Of a stretch of 64,000 bases of DNA, positions 30,077 through 40,579 are shown piece by piece (the stretch's first letter is position 1; each line of letters opens with the position of its first letter). A model generated the notes under the pieces. The model worked only from the letters and a program-made list of their open reading frames with translations, did no database searches and was not told the DNA's origin. Source of the DNA: Nitrosopumilus sp. (GTDB lineage: Archaea; Thermoproteota; Nitrososphaeria; Nitrososphaerales; Nitrosopumilaceae); NCBI GenBank assembly GCA_963667665.2, contig OY763927.2, positions 416,001-480,000 of the forward strand. The letters run 5' to 3'. The position numbers and the translations under genes are program-made.

Positions 30077-30377
30077 ATTTTTTTATATATTGTATCAACT
30101 TAAGGGTATTGGTACTAATAATTTTAGAATAGTCTTGAATCTATTGATGATGTACTCTAAAAAAAGAAAAAAACTCTTAGCTGAAGTTGATGATGTTATA
30201 ATCCAGAGAAAAACAATGATGCCAAATTAAGAGGATGAATGATAATTATATTTTGATTAATTGTTATATGAATAAAACTTATTTTAAAATTTTTTATAAA
30301 AAGAGTTTAGAATCTCGATTTAGATCGATACTGTTTTTGACAATAACTCTTGAATTCATGTTTATTTTAGATGTTCT

Positions 30378-30470
30378 ATGAGTTGCAAAGAGGGGTTTAT
30401 TCATTATTTTGCATGGTTTGAGATACTATCAGAAAAGAGATGCATTCATTGCGGTAATGCAGAAACATAA
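30378..30470 (+). CDS. 30-aa Cys/His microprotein
   Basis: MSCKEGFIHYFAWFEILSEKRCIHCGNAET*; C..H..CxxC. Confidence 0.5.
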   Translation: MSCKEGFIHYFAWFEILSEKRCIHCGNAET

Positions 30471-30532
30471 GAGTTTCAAATCTATAGTTTATCCTAAGCA
30501 ATAATTCCTCTTTGCTTTTTTATTAATTTTGA

Positions 30533-33211
30533 TTATTTTTTCTTTGATCTTGTCTTTCTTGGTTGTTCAATTGCTGCTTGTGCTGCGGCAATAATAGCAA
30601 TTGGAATTCTATGTGGTGATGCACTTACATAAGTAAGGCCTTCACCATGGCAGAACTTGATAGAATTTGGATCTCCTCCATGTTCTCCACATATCCCAAT
30701 TTCCATGTTTGGTCTAACTTTACGTCCATGAGCAATACCTATTTTCATTAAACTACCTACGCCATTTTCATCAATTGACTGAAATGGATTTCTTTCAAGC
30801 AGTTCTTTTTCCATGTATTCTGGAAGGAATTTACCTTCTACATCTTCTCTACTAAAACTAAATGTTCCTTGTGTCAAGTCATTTGTACCAAAACTAAAGA
30901 ATTCGGCTGTACTTACAAGCTCATTTGCAGTTAATGCTGCTCTTACTACTTCGATCATAGTACCAAAGTTAATTGTTAGTTTCATTTTGTGTTTAGTTTC
31001 CATCTCCTTTTTGATTGAATCATAAATTTTCTTGATGTGGTTTAGCTCTGCAATACTGCTAATCTGTGGAATCATAATTTGTGGATGTGCCTTTACTTTT
31101 CTTTTTGTTAATTCCACTAGAGCTTCAAAAACAGCACGAATCTGCATCTCATAAATTTCTGGATATGTAATTCCAACTCTTACTCCTCTATGTCCCATCA
31201 TTGGGTTTATTTCTGCAAGCTCTCTTGCTCTTTTTAGAATATTTTTTGCTTCTTTAATTTGACTTGTTGCATTCTTTAATTCTAATTTATGAATTTTTTC
31301 TGCTAGTTCTTCAGGATTTGGCAAGAATTCATGCAATGGAGGATCTAACAATCTGATTGTAACTTCGTATCCTTCCATCGCCTTTAGAATTTCAATGAAG
31401 TCACTTTTTTGTAGATGGCCTAATTTTTTTAGAACTTTGGTTCTCTCCTCAATGTTTTCTGCCATTATCATATCCACAAACAAACTAATTCTATCACTTG
31501 CATTGAACATTCTTTCTGTTCTACACAAACCAATTCCTTGACCTCCAAATTTTCTTGCAAGTTTAGCACCTTCCGGTGTATCTGCATTTGCTCTAATTCC
31601 TAATGTTTTTGTTTTTTGTGCCCATTCTAAAATTTGCTCAAAGTCTTTTGTGACTTTTGGTTCTACAGTTGGAATTTCTCCAACAAAGACAGTACCTACA
31701 CTTCCATCGATAGAAACTGTTTCTCCTTCTTTGATGGTTATTCCATTTGCGGTGCATGTGTTATTATCATAATCAATTTTTAATTCTGCACATCCTACAA
31801 TGCATGGTTTTCCCATTCCTCTTGAGACAATTGCTGCATGAGATGATTTTCCTCCTAAACTAGTCAAAATCCCTTCTGCTGAGAAAAATGCAGGAACGTC
31901 TTCTGGTTTTGTTTCTTTTCTAATTAGAATAACTTTTTTTCCTGCTTCTCCTAATTCTATTGCTTTTTTTACGTCAAATATTACAATCCCACTTGCTGCT
32001 CCTGGAGATGCTGCAATTCCTTTTGCTAATTGTTTATAATTTTTAATCCTTGATTCATCCATTGTTCTATGAAGTAATGCTTCTAATTGTTGTGCAGGAA
32101 TTCTTGTGAGTGCTTTATTTTTATCAATTAATTTTTCTTTTACCATATCAACTGATGTTTTTACAAGTGCAGCTGCACTCATCTTTGCAGTTCTTGTTTG
32201 TAATAGATAGAATTTGCCTTGTTCAATAGTAAATTCAATGTCTTGTGGCTCTCTGAAATGTTTCTCTAATTTTGTACATGCATTACTTAATTCTTTGTAA
32301 GATTTCCCCATATCTTTTTTTAATAAATCAATATTCTTTCCAGTTCTAACTCCTGCGACAACATCTTCTCCTTGAGCATTAATTAGATATTCACCTTCCA
32401 ACTCTTTTTTACCATTACTACCATTTCTTGTAAATACAACTCCTGTTGCACTATCATCTCCCATATTTCCAAATACCATTGTGACAACATTTACTGCAGT
32501 TCCATTAGCAATGTTTTTTGTAATGTTGTTTTTTTCACGATAAACTATTGCTCTTGCTCCCATCCAGCTTTTGAATACTGCCTCTATTGCTAATCCTAAT
32601 TGTTCGTTAGGAGCATCTGGGAATTTTCTCTTTGTATGTGTCTCACAGATTTTTTTATATTCTGATACAATTTTCTTTAATGATTCAACGTTTAGCTTAC
32701 TATCCTCTGTTACTCCCTGTTTGGTTTTTGCAGAGTCTAAGACATGATCAAATTTTTCATCATTTACTCCAAATACAACTTTGCCAAATAACTGAATAAA
32801 TCTCCTATACGAATCCCATGAGAAGCGTGGATTTTTTGTCTGTTCAGCAAATCCTTCTACTGTTTTCTCATTTAACCCTAAATTCAAAATCGTGTCCATC
32901 ATTCCTGGCATTGAGATAGCTGCACCAGAACGCACTGAAACTAATAGTGGGTTTTTTGTTGAATTCCATTTTTTACCTGTCTTTTTTTCAATTATTGCAA
33001 TATTTTTCATTACTAATGGCATCACATCTTTGGAAAGTTTTCTATTGTTTTCATAATACTTGTTACAAACTTCAGTTGTAATGATAAATCCTGGAGGTAC
33101 TGGAAGTTTTAGTCTAGTCATTTCACTTAATCCTGCACCTTTTCCACCTAGAAGCATTCTATTTTTACTATCTGCATCTTCAAATGCATAAACTGGTTTT
33201 GTTTTTGACAT
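30533..33211 (-). CDS. ppdK: Pyruvate, phosphate dikinase
   Basis: LLGGKGA, SVRSGA.ISMPGMMDT, SSHAAIV phospho-His, GLCRTE, SFGTNDLTQ, ICGEHGG. Confidence 0.98.
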   Translation of the reverse strand: MSKTKPVYAFEDADSKNRMLLGGKGAGLSEMTRLKLPVPPGFIITTEVCNKYYENNRKLSKDVMPLVMKNIAIIEKKTGKKWNSTKNPLLVSVRSGAAISMPGMMDTILNLGLNEKTVEGFAEQTKNPRFSWDSYRRFIQLFGKVVFGVNDEKFDHVLDSAKTKQGVTEDSKLNVESLKKIVSEYKKICETHTKRKFPDAPNEQLGLAIEAVFKSWMGARAIVYREKNNITKNIANGTAVNVVTMVFGNMGDDSATGVVFTRNGSNGKKELEGEYLINAQGEDVVAGVRTGKNIDLLKKDMGKSYKELSNACTKLEKHFREPQDIEFTIEQGKFYLLQTRTAKMSAAALVKTSVDMVKEKLIDKNKALTRIPAQQLEALLHRTMDESRIKNYKQLAKGIAASPGAASGIVIFDVKKAIELGEAGKKVILIRKETKPEDVPAFFSAEGILTSLGGKSSHAAIVSRGMGKPCIVGCAELKIDYDNNTCTANGITIKEGETVSIDGSVGTVFVGEIPTVEPKVTKDFEQILEWAQKTKTLGIRANADTPEGAKLARKFGGQGIGLCRTERMFNASDRISLFVDMIMAENIEERTKVLKKLGHLQKSDFIEILKAMEGYEVTIRLLDPPLHEFLPNPEELAEKIHKLELKNATSQIKEAKNILKRARELAEINPMMGHRGVRVGITYPEIYEMQIRAVFEALVELTKRKVKAHPQIMIPQISSIAELNHIKKIYDSIKKEMETKHKMKLTINFGTMIEVVRAALTANELVSTAEFFSFGTNDLTQGTFSFSREDVEGKFLPEYMEKELLERNPFQSIDENGVGSLMKIGIAHGRKVRPNMEIGICGEHGGDPNSIKFCHGEGLTYVSASPHRIPIAIIAAAQAAIEQPRKTRSKKK

Positions 33212-33238
33212 ACAAATTTTTGTAAATTTTTTGGCTTT

Positions 33239-33889
33239 TTAAACCAATGCCTCAGCAAACTCAGAAATTATTTTATTCCAATTTTTTGCTTTGATAATTC
33301 CACTTGCAACTAGAATTCCTTTTGATCCTAGTTCTAATGCTTTTGCAACATCTTCTCCAGAAACAATTCCTGCACCACAAAGTAGTTTTGTATTTGTATT
33401 CTTTACTGCCTTTGCAGCTTTTGCGATTAACTCTGGTTTTTCTTTAGAAACTGCCTTTCCTGAACCAATCAGTTCTGGTGGTTCTATTGCAATATAATTT
33501 GGATTTAGTTTTACATACTTTCTAACTTCTGCAACATCTTTCACACATACAATTGATGTCATCTTTAATTCTTTTAATTTTAAAACCAATTTTTGTATCT
33601 CTTTGCTTGAAATTCTATGTTCACTGTGATTGATTAATGATCCGTTAACTTTAGATTTTTTTAATAATTCTGGAATTACAAAACCTGTTGTACTTCCTAC
33701 TTTAGAATCATCAATATGTTGTGCTAAAATTTGTATTGAACTATTTGCAACTAGTCCGATAAGATGTTGAGGTGGAGATATGGCAATTTTTACTTTATAT
33801 TTTTTAGATACTTTTTCTGCTATTTTTATAAATTTAATAATTTTTTCTCCTGAAATCTCTTCATAATTCTTACAATTTATTACAAACAT
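33239..33889 (-). CDS. tpiA: Triosephosphate isomerase (archaeal type)
   Basis: INCKNY, NHSEH, IEPPELIGSG, CGAGI, ASG. Confidence 0.96.
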   Translation of the reverse strand: MFVINCKNYEEISGEKIIKFIKIAEKVSKKYKVKIAISPPQHLIGLVANSSIQILAQHIDDSKVGSTTGFVIPELLKKSKVNGSLINHSEHRISSKEIQKLVLKLKELKMTSIVCVKDVAEVRKYVKLNPNYIAIEPPELIGSGKAVSKEKPELIAKAAKAVKNTNTKLLCGAGIVSGEDVAKALELGSKGILVASGIIKAKNWNKIISEFAEALV

Positions 33890-33926
33890 CTTTCTTTGAA
33901 CCTTTTTTCATTTATTTAATCCTTGA

Positions 33927-34217
33927 TTAGACTTTGGGTGTTTTTGTTTGCATGTCATATTTTTTCTTCATTGTAAGTACTATCATCATCAGAACTATTG
34001 CTACAATATTTGTGCCTATGATAAACACATCTGATACTATGATTCCATAAATTAACCACAAGATTGCTCCAGCAGAAATAAAGATCATTAGAAATTTTGA
34101 AACATCTTTGAGACTTTTTGTTTTATATCCCTTGTAAATTTGCTCTACCCATCCAGTAAGAATCAACACTCCTGCAGCAGTTCCAAGTAGGGTGAGTAAA
34201 ATTCCGTCAACTTCCAT
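33927..34217 (-). CDS. SemiSWEET/PQ-loop family membrane protein
   Basis: Three TMs, QIYK.YKTKS..DVS, LWLIYG, TN. Confidence 0.85.
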   Translation of the reverse strand: MEVDGILLTLLGTAAGVLILTGWVEQIYKGYKTKSLKDVSKFLMIFISAGAILWLIYGIIVSDVFIIGTNIVAIVLMMIVLTMKKKYDMQTKTPKV

Positions 34218-34225
34218 GTCTTATA

Positions 34226-36784
34226 CTAGCTCCAAAAGAATTCGTCTAGTCCCGTTTGTTTTGGCTTTCCTAAAATTGTATCAAAATCCATGTCCATTGA
34301 TGCTGTTATTTGTTCTAGTGTTGATTCTAAAAACTCCATGTATTTTTTAGAATCAATCTCTTCTTTTTTTGCCAACTCGGCTGGTTTTACTCCTGGTTTG
34401 TTTTTAATTTTGATGAATGAAATAATATCTCCTTTCTTAATTTCTCTAATTGTTTCTAATTGCTTTGCAGCTCTAATATGTTGAGGAATTGTTTTTACAT
34501 ATTCTGATACTGCTTTGCTAAGCATTACATTGAATGTCAGGTCTTCTATTGGAATTTCTTTTGCTTCTAGTTTTTTAGCACATATTGCAATCTTTTTTGT
34601 AATTTCATTTTTTGCATTTGTGAAATCATCCATTGTTTGAACATTGGATAGTATATCTAACAATTCATAAAATAGTTTTTTGATAAATGCTGGTGTATGG
34701 GATTTCTTTCCTGTAAGTCCTTTAACATCTACCTTTCCTTCTTTTGTTACTCCAAAATAGTTTTTCTTTCTATCACTTAATACACAATACCTGTATGTTT
34801 TATCAATCTCTAAATCTACTCCATGATCTTTCTTTGCTTGCTCTATTACTTGCTGAATTTGTTCTTCAGTTGGCTTTTTTATAAATAATGAATCTGTATC
34901 TCCATAAAGAACTTCAATTCCTGTCTCTTCACATTTTTTGATTGTCTCTAAAATTGTATGTCTACCAATTGCAGTTGTTGCTTCTGCTGCTGGAAGAAAA
35001 TACAATGGAAATATTTCTGCACCCATTACCCCATAACTTGCATTTAGAATTACCTTTAGCGCTTGACTGACTACTGTATATTGCTGTCTTTGCTCCTCTG
35101 TTAATGTCTCTTTTTTTGCTAGACTCTTGTAATAATTCACTCTCAAGTCTCTTAGCGAACCAATAATCATTGATGTAAGTCCATTTTTCTTTGAACATGC
35201 CCAATGATTTGTTTGTGGGATTGTATTTTTCTTACATTCTTCATGAGGACATCTTACTGTCTCATATGAAATGTTTCTAACTTTGATGATGCTAGGATAT
35301 AGACTAGCAAAATCCATTACAACTACATCAAAATGAATTCCTTTTTTAGGGTCAATTACAAGTCCTCCTCTGAATTTTTTATCTTTTATTACTGCATCTG
35401 ATAGAACTCCTTCTGACCTTCTTTCAAGTTCTTCTCTTTTTGGAATTAAACAATTTCTTTTTCTATGTTCATAATAAAATAAACTTCTAATCCATTGAGA
35501 AACACCCATTCTTGCAATATCATCAATTGGCATTCTGCCAATTCTTGCAATAATTACAAGCATGTTCATTAGTAAATCATTGTTAAAACTGGTCAATTCG
35601 TATGTCAGTAAAGCATCATTGTAACAATAATTTGCAGTTTGGTTGAGGGTTAACTGATCAAACTCTAATCCATAATCTATCTTTTCTTTTCCCAGCAAAG
35701 CCTTTGAAACACTGTTTAGTGAAAAATTTGTATATTTTTGACTAAATACATAGATTTGAAATGCTCTATTAGAAAAAGTTCTGTACAAATCAATATGAAC
35801 ACCTTGTTTTAGTGTTGCAGAATTTCTCATCATGTATAGTGGGTTAGATGAATTTTTGATTCCAAGTCTTTCTGCTCTGTTGTATAGATATGGCAAATCA
35901 AATTCATCTCCATTGTATGTAATAACAAATGGAAACTCTTTGATAATATCAAACGCATCTTGTATCATCTCTTTTTCTTTGTCTAAATCATAAAAGATAA
36001 TTTTGATATTTTTCTCTAATTCGTTGTTTCCTTCTTCAGTTCCCTCTGTTTTGAGCACAAAAATCTGATCAAATCCGTCAGTTCCTTTGAGTCCAATTGC
36101 TGTTACTTTTTTTTCAGCAACTTTAGGATCTGGTATTCTTCCAACAACTGCTTCTACTTCTATGTCTACACTCAATCTCTTTATTTTTGGAATTGGTTGA
36201 TTAAGTAAATCTGCCCACTCTGAAATGAATTTCTTGAATTGTTCTGGATCAACCATACTTTCACTATCTACCTTGTCCCATAGCAAACTCTTCAGTGCAA
36301 TTTTAACTTCATCTGAAATTTCTAAATCATGTGGTTTTATTTTTCCATCTATAATTTCATAATACTTTCCAACGATTAATTTTCTGTCATAAAGATAGGT
36401 TTCATAATATTTGATATCTGATTCCCATGTTTCAATTATGTTTCTAATACTTTTATCACCTGCTGTTCCTCCAATTGCTAGGGGATCTGCTACAGTAATT
36501 TTTGACATGTCAATTTCTTTATCTTTTATCAAATCATATCTTTGAACTGTTTTAATTTCAAGAACATCGTCTCTTTCTCGAAGAAATTCTAATTCTTCTG
36601 GTGCTAATCTTGAATAACAATATGGTTTGTGACCTGTTTCATCTTTCCATAATATTAATTTCTGTGATTTTGGTTCATAGAATTTCAAAACAGCAGATTT
36701 TGAAATGTTGTCATATGTAGCTGACACTAACATTGCTGGTGGCATTGATTCAATTTTTCCAGTCTCTTCCACATTTACTTGCAT
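34226..36784 (-). CDS. polB: Family B DNA polymerase (PolB1)
   Basis: DIE exonuclease I, YNGDEFD, DFASLYPSI, KVILNASYG, YGDTDS, PIP box QTGLDEFF. Confidence 0.98.
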   Translation of the reverse strand: MQVNVEETGKIESMPPAMLVSATYDNISKSAVLKFYEPKSQKLILWKDETGHKPYCYSRLAPEELEFLRERDDVLEIKTVQRYDLIKDKEIDMSKITVADPLAIGGTAGDKSIRNIIETWESDIKYYETYLYDRKLIVGKYYEIIDGKIKPHDLEISDEVKIALKSLLWDKVDSESMVDPEQFKKFISEWADLLNQPIPKIKRLSVDIEVEAVVGRIPDPKVAEKKVTAIGLKGTDGFDQIFVLKTEGTEEGNNELEKNIKIIFYDLDKEKEMIQDAFDIIKEFPFVITYNGDEFDLPYLYNRAERLGIKNSSNPLYMMRNSATLKQGVHIDLYRTFSNRAFQIYVFSQKYTNFSLNSVSKALLGKEKIDYGLEFDQLTLNQTANYCYNDALLTYELTSFNNDLLMNMLVIIARIGRMPIDDIARMGVSQWIRSLFYYEHRKRNCLIPKREELERRSEGVLSDAVIKDKKFRGGLVIDPKKGIHFDVVVMDFASLYPSIIKVRNISYETVRCPHEECKKNTIPQTNHWACSKKNGLTSMIIGSLRDLRVNYYKSLAKKETLTEEQRQQYTVVSQALKVILNASYGVMGAEIFPLYFLPAAEATTAIGRHTILETIKKCEETGIEVLYGDTDSLFIKKPTEEQIQQVIEQAKKDHGVDLEIDKTYRYCVLSDRKKNYFGVTKEGKVDVKGLTGKKSHTPAFIKKLFYELLDILSNVQTMDDFTNAKNEITKKIAICAKKLEAKEIPIEDLTFNVMLSKAVSEYVKTIPQHIRAAKQLETIREIKKGDIISFIKIKNKPGVKPAELAKKEEIDSKKYMEFLESTLEQITASMDMDFDTILGKPKQTGLDEFFWS

Positions 36785-36788
36785 TTTC

Positions 36789-37316
36789 TCACACAGATTT
36801 TTCGTACTTGCTTACTAGTTTTTTTGCCCATTTTGCAATATTTTCTTTATCTAGATGAATCACTTCTATTCCTGCTTCTTTTAACAACCCAAAATCAGTT
36901 TCAGGATAATTATCAAGGCAAACAAATTTTTTAATTCCTATTGTTATTGCCATTTTGGTGCATTCTAGGCATGGAACAAATGTGGTATACAATATTGCAC
37001 CTTTCTGACCTGCTTCAATTCCTAAAATGGCACAATGCATTATGGCATTTGCTTCTGCGTGATTACAAAGACATCTATCTAGTGATGCCCCGGATTCAAT
37101 TTTTCCATCCATTCTAAGTTGACATCTCTCACATCCTCCATCAAAACAATTTTTGATTCCTGGTGGGGTTCCATTGTATCCTGTTGCTAACTGTCTGTGA
37201 TTTCTAACAATTACTGCACCAACTTGTCTTGTCATACAATTTGAACGAAGTTTTGCCAACTCTGCTTGCAGCATAAAGTATTCATCCCAATTTGGTCTAT
37301 CAAAAGAACTACTCAC
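36789..37316 (-). CDS. dCMP deaminase family protein
   Basis: ATGYNG, HAEANA, PCLEC. Confidence 0.93.
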   Translation of the reverse strand: MSSSFDRPNWDEYFMLQAELAKLRSNCMTRQVGAVIVRNHRQLATGYNGTPPGIKNCFDGGCERCQLRMDGKIESGASLDRCLCNHAEANAIMHCAILGIEAGQKGAILYTTFVPCLECTKMAITIGIKKFVCLDNYPETDFGLLKEAGIEVIHLDKENIAKWAKKLVSKYEKSV

Positions 37317-37456
37317 ACCAATCTTGCTTGCCTGCTCAATATATGGTTCGCGCTAGTTACAATTTTGTTGTTTTATTGATGTTGATAGTTGAGTAATAGA
37401 TAGCATTTTGCTATACAAAAGCATAAAATCAATAAATTCTCATTTTTCTTTGTAGA

Positions 37457-38965
37457 ATGACTCAATACATTGAGAAAAAATATGTTCAAAAAAATTCTAT
37501 AGAAAAACGAGATTATCAAGTAAATCTTGCAAATCAAGCAATTAAAGAAAATTGTATTGTGGTATTGCCAACTGGTCTTGGAAAAACTGCTATCGCATTA
37601 CAAGTTATTGCAGAATACTTGTCAAAAGGAACAGGGGGTGCATTGTTTTTGGCTCCTACCAGAGTTTTGGTAAACCAACATTATGAATTTCTTAAAGTAA
37701 ATCTAACTTTAGATGATATTTCATTAGTTACTGGGGAAGATCCTATTCAAAAACGAACCAAACTTTGGGGCAATAGTGTGATTTGTGCAACTCCTGAAAT
37801 TACAAAAAATGATTTGGATAGACAAATTGTATCTACTGAACAATTCAATCTTGTTGTATTTGATGAAGTACATAGAACAACTGGTGATTATGCTTATTCT
37901 GGAATTGCACAACGATTCGAAAATTCTTCTGCTAGACTTGTTGGGATGACTGCAACTCTTCCGAGTGAAAAAGAAAAAGCAACTGAGATTCTAACAAAGC
38001 TAAGAATTTCAAGTATAGCTGAAAGAACTGAAGATAGTTCTGACGTTAAACCATATATCCAAAAAACTAATACTGAATGGATTAATGTTGAACTTCCCCC
38101 GGAATTAAAATCAATTCAAACATTATTGAAATTAGCATTAGATGAAAGATATGACACTTTACGAAAAAATGGTATTCATCTAGCAGAACAACAATCCCTT
38201 TCTGCTCTACTTAGAATTAGACAATTTGTGTTAAATCAGAACAGGCGTTCTGCAAAACCTCTTTTTACTGCTATTAGAATTCATTATGCGTTAAACATAC
38301 TAGAAGCTCATGGAATCACTCCTTTTCTAAAATTTTGTGAACGCGCCAGGGCAAAAAAAGGTGCAGGAGTCAAAGAATTGTTCGAGGTTGATCCTAATTT
38401 CACAAGAGCAGTACATCTTGCCAAAGAAGCACAGTCGCGAGGAATTGAACATTCAAAGATTCCTAAACTAAAAGAAATTCTTGAATCTGTTCCTGGAAAA
38501 GCTCTGATTTTTACAAGTTATCGAGATTCTGTTGATTTGATATACAATAAACTAACTGAGATGGGCGTTTCTGCAGGAATTTTAATTGGTAAAGCAGGTG
38601 AATCTGGACTAAAACAAAAAGAGCAAATTGAAACTGTACAAAACTTTAGAGATGGAGTTTTCCAAGTACTTGTTGCAACACGTGTTGGTGAAGAAGGATT
38701 AGATATTGCTGAAGTTAATCAGGTTATTTTTTATGATAATGTGCCAAGCTCTATTCGATTTATACAAAGAAGGGGAAGAACTGGACGAAAAGATACTGGT
38801 AAATTAGTTGTGCTTATTGCCAAAAATACTATTGATGAGAAATACTATTGGATAGGAAAAAGAAAGATGTTATCTGCCAAAACTATGGGTGAGAAGATGA
38901 CCAAAGTCTTGGAGAAAAATCAAGGAATTGAATCTGAAAAAACAGGACTAGATGCTTTTCTCTAA
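37457..38965 (+). CDS. hef: Hef/FANCM-like SF2 helicase (no nuclease domain)
   Basis: RDYQ, LPTGLGKT, DEVH, TAT, EEGLDI, QRRGRTGR; PIP-like KTGLDAFL. Confidence 0.9.
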   Translation: MTQYIEKKYVQKNSIEKRDYQVNLANQAIKENCIVVLPTGLGKTAIALQVIAEYLSKGTGGALFLAPTRVLVNQHYEFLKVNLTLDDISLVTGEDPIQKRTKLWGNSVICATPEITKNDLDRQIVSTEQFNLVVFDEVHRTTGDYAYSGIAQRFENSSARLVGMTATLPSEKEKATEILTKLRISSIAERTEDSSDVKPYIQKTNTEWINVELPPELKSIQTLLKLALDERYDTLRKNGIHLAEQQSLSALLRIRQFVLNQNRRSAKPLFTAIRIHYALNILEAHGITPFLKFCERARAKKGAGVKELFEVDPNFTRAVHLAKEAQSRGIEHSKIPKLKEILESVPGKALIFTSYRDSVDLIYNKLTEMGVSAGILIGKAGESGLKQKEQIETVQNFRDGVFQVLVATRVGEEGLDIAEVNQVIFYDNVPSSIRFIQRRGRTGRKDTGKLVVLIAKNTIDEKYYWIGKRKMLSAKTMGEKMTKVLEKNQGIESEKTGLDAFL

Positions 38966-39234
38966 TTTTTGTATTGTTTAGAAATTTGCTCAAAAATCAT
39001 TTGCTTTCTCTGAATTATCTTATTTTTCATTCCTGATTCTAAATGATGAATACCGCTATTTTTTCCAACAAGTAAATTTTCTAATCTGATATCATATTGG
39101 TTTTGAAGAAATTCTTCTGCATGTGATTTCTCATCAAATTCTAGATTCTCAAATGTCTCTTTTGCCAAATTGTTAATGGATTTCTCCAAATATGATAAAA
39201 TCTCTTCTAGTGTTTTTTCTGTTATCACTGTCAT
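38962..39234 (-). CDS. Hypothetical protein
   Basis: 90-aa helical ORF. Confidence 0.7.
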   Translation of the reverse strand: MTVITEKTLEEILSYLEKSINNLAKETFENLEFDEKSHAEEFLQNQYDIRLENLLVGKNSGIHHLESGMKNKIIQRKQMIFEQISKQYKN

Positions 39235-39343
39235 GATTAATCATATTTTGAAACTAAAAAAAATGTTGTGTATTTTTTTTCTGTGTTTTAGGTATGAAAA
39301 TTGATAATTATCTTCTAAACTGTTACTTGTGAATATTCTTTTG

Positions 39344-39496
39344 TTGGCCTCAAATATTGATAAATCAAAAGAGATGAACGATTTGCTTCAGAAAGAAAAA
39401 GAACTTTACAAAGAAATCCGTGCTGATTATAAGAAAATCAGTCAGAAAATTAATGATGATTTTGAAAATGCAAGAAAATTAAAATCTCAAAAATAA
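39344..39496 (+). CDS. Small coiled-coil protein
   Basis: MASNIDKSKEMNDLLQKEKELYKEIRADYKKISQKINDDFENARKLKSQK* (TTG start; GTG 39329 is an alternative). Confidence 0.55.
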   Translation: MASNIDKSKEMNDLLQKEKELYKEIRADYKKISQKINDDFENARKLKSQK

Positions 39497-39498
39497 AA

Positions 39499-39777
39499 CT
39501 ATCCTAATCTTTTGATAATGTGATATCCAAATTCTGTTTTTATTGGGTCTGAAATTTCTCCAATTTGGAGTTTGAATGCAACTTCTTCAAACGGTTTTAC
39601 CATCATACCCTTTGTGAAATAGCCCAAATTTCCGTCTTTTTTACCACTACCTGAGTCAATTGACAACTCTTTTGCCAATTTTCCAAATTTTTCACCATTT
39701 TTGAGTCTCTCTACAATGGCAAGTGATTCGCTTTGTTTTGCAACTAGAATATGAGAACATTTTATTTTGTTAGACAA
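39499..39777 (-). CDS. Single-domain parvulin peptidyl-prolyl isomerase
   Basis: CSHILV, LAKELSID, GNLGYF..GMMVKPFE, TEFGYHII. Confidence 0.96.
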   Translation of the reverse strand: MSNKIKCSHILVAKQSESLAIVERLKNGEKFGKLAKELSIDSGSGKKDGNLGYFTKGMMVKPFEEVAFKLQIGEISDPIKTEFGYHIIKRLG

Positions 39778-39844
39778 TGGATTTGATCTTTTTTAATCTC
39801 TTAATTATCTTTCTTTAAATATGGTTTCTTTATCTTAAATTTTA

Positions 39845-40405
39845 TTGCCATTTACAAAACCAATAATTGAAATTGTAAATGTTGTGGCATCAGCTACAAT
39901 AGACCAGAAATTAGATCTATATGATATTCAAAAAAAATTCCCTGCTGTTGAATATAATCCTGACCAATTTCCAGGTGCTGTCTTTCGTCTCAAAACCCCC
40001 AAAACATCAACATTACTATTCAGTACTGGTAAGATGGTTTGTACTGGTTCTAAATCCTCTGAACTAGCAGTAAAGGCAGTAAACGCAGTTGTTGTAAAAT
40101 TAAGAAAAGGTGGAATTAAAATTAAAAAAAATGCAGTTGTAACTATACAAAATATTGTCTCATCCATAAATCTTGGAGGACGCGTTCATCTTGAACGAGC
40201 AGCTAGAACATTACCTCGAAGCATGTATGAGCCTGAACAGTTTCCAGGTGTAATTCATAGAATGTTAAACCCTAAAACTGTAATTCTGATTTTTGCATCC
40301 GGAAAATTAGTTTGTACTGGTGCTAAAACTGAAAAGGATGTTTATCTTTCAGTAAATAATCTTCATAGTCTTCTTGAAGAAAAAGACTTGATGCTATACG
40401 ATTAG
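39845..40405 (+). CDS. tbp: TATA-binding protein
   Basis: Two repeats: NVVAS..YNPDQFPG..FSTGKMVCTG and NIVSS..YEPEQFPG..FASGKLVCTG. Confidence 0.98.
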   Translation: MPFTKPIIEIVNVVASATIDQKLDLYDIQKKFPAVEYNPDQFPGAVFRLKTPKTSTLLFSTGKMVCTGSKSSELAVKAVNAVVVKLRKGGIKIKKNAVVTIQNIVSSINLGGRVHLERAARTLPRSMYEPEQFPGVIHRMLNPKTVILIFASGKLVCTGAKTEKDVYLSVNNLHSLLEEKDLMLYD

Positions 40406-40579
40406 ATCTTTCTTCCTTCATAACAAATACAAAATTTCTATAAAATAAGTAGTAATGCTTGAATACGATAATTCTCTAATTTTTTAGATAAAACTACAAT
40501 TGAATATTTTTTGATAAATCTTCTAGTTTGTTCAAATGAGCAAACTTGCTTTTATCAATTCTAAGTTGTTTCATAACGT

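Noticed and set aside
30147-30230. 27-aa ORF MMYSKKRKKLLAEVDD..
   Set aside because: No motif, low-complexity A-runs, expected by chance.
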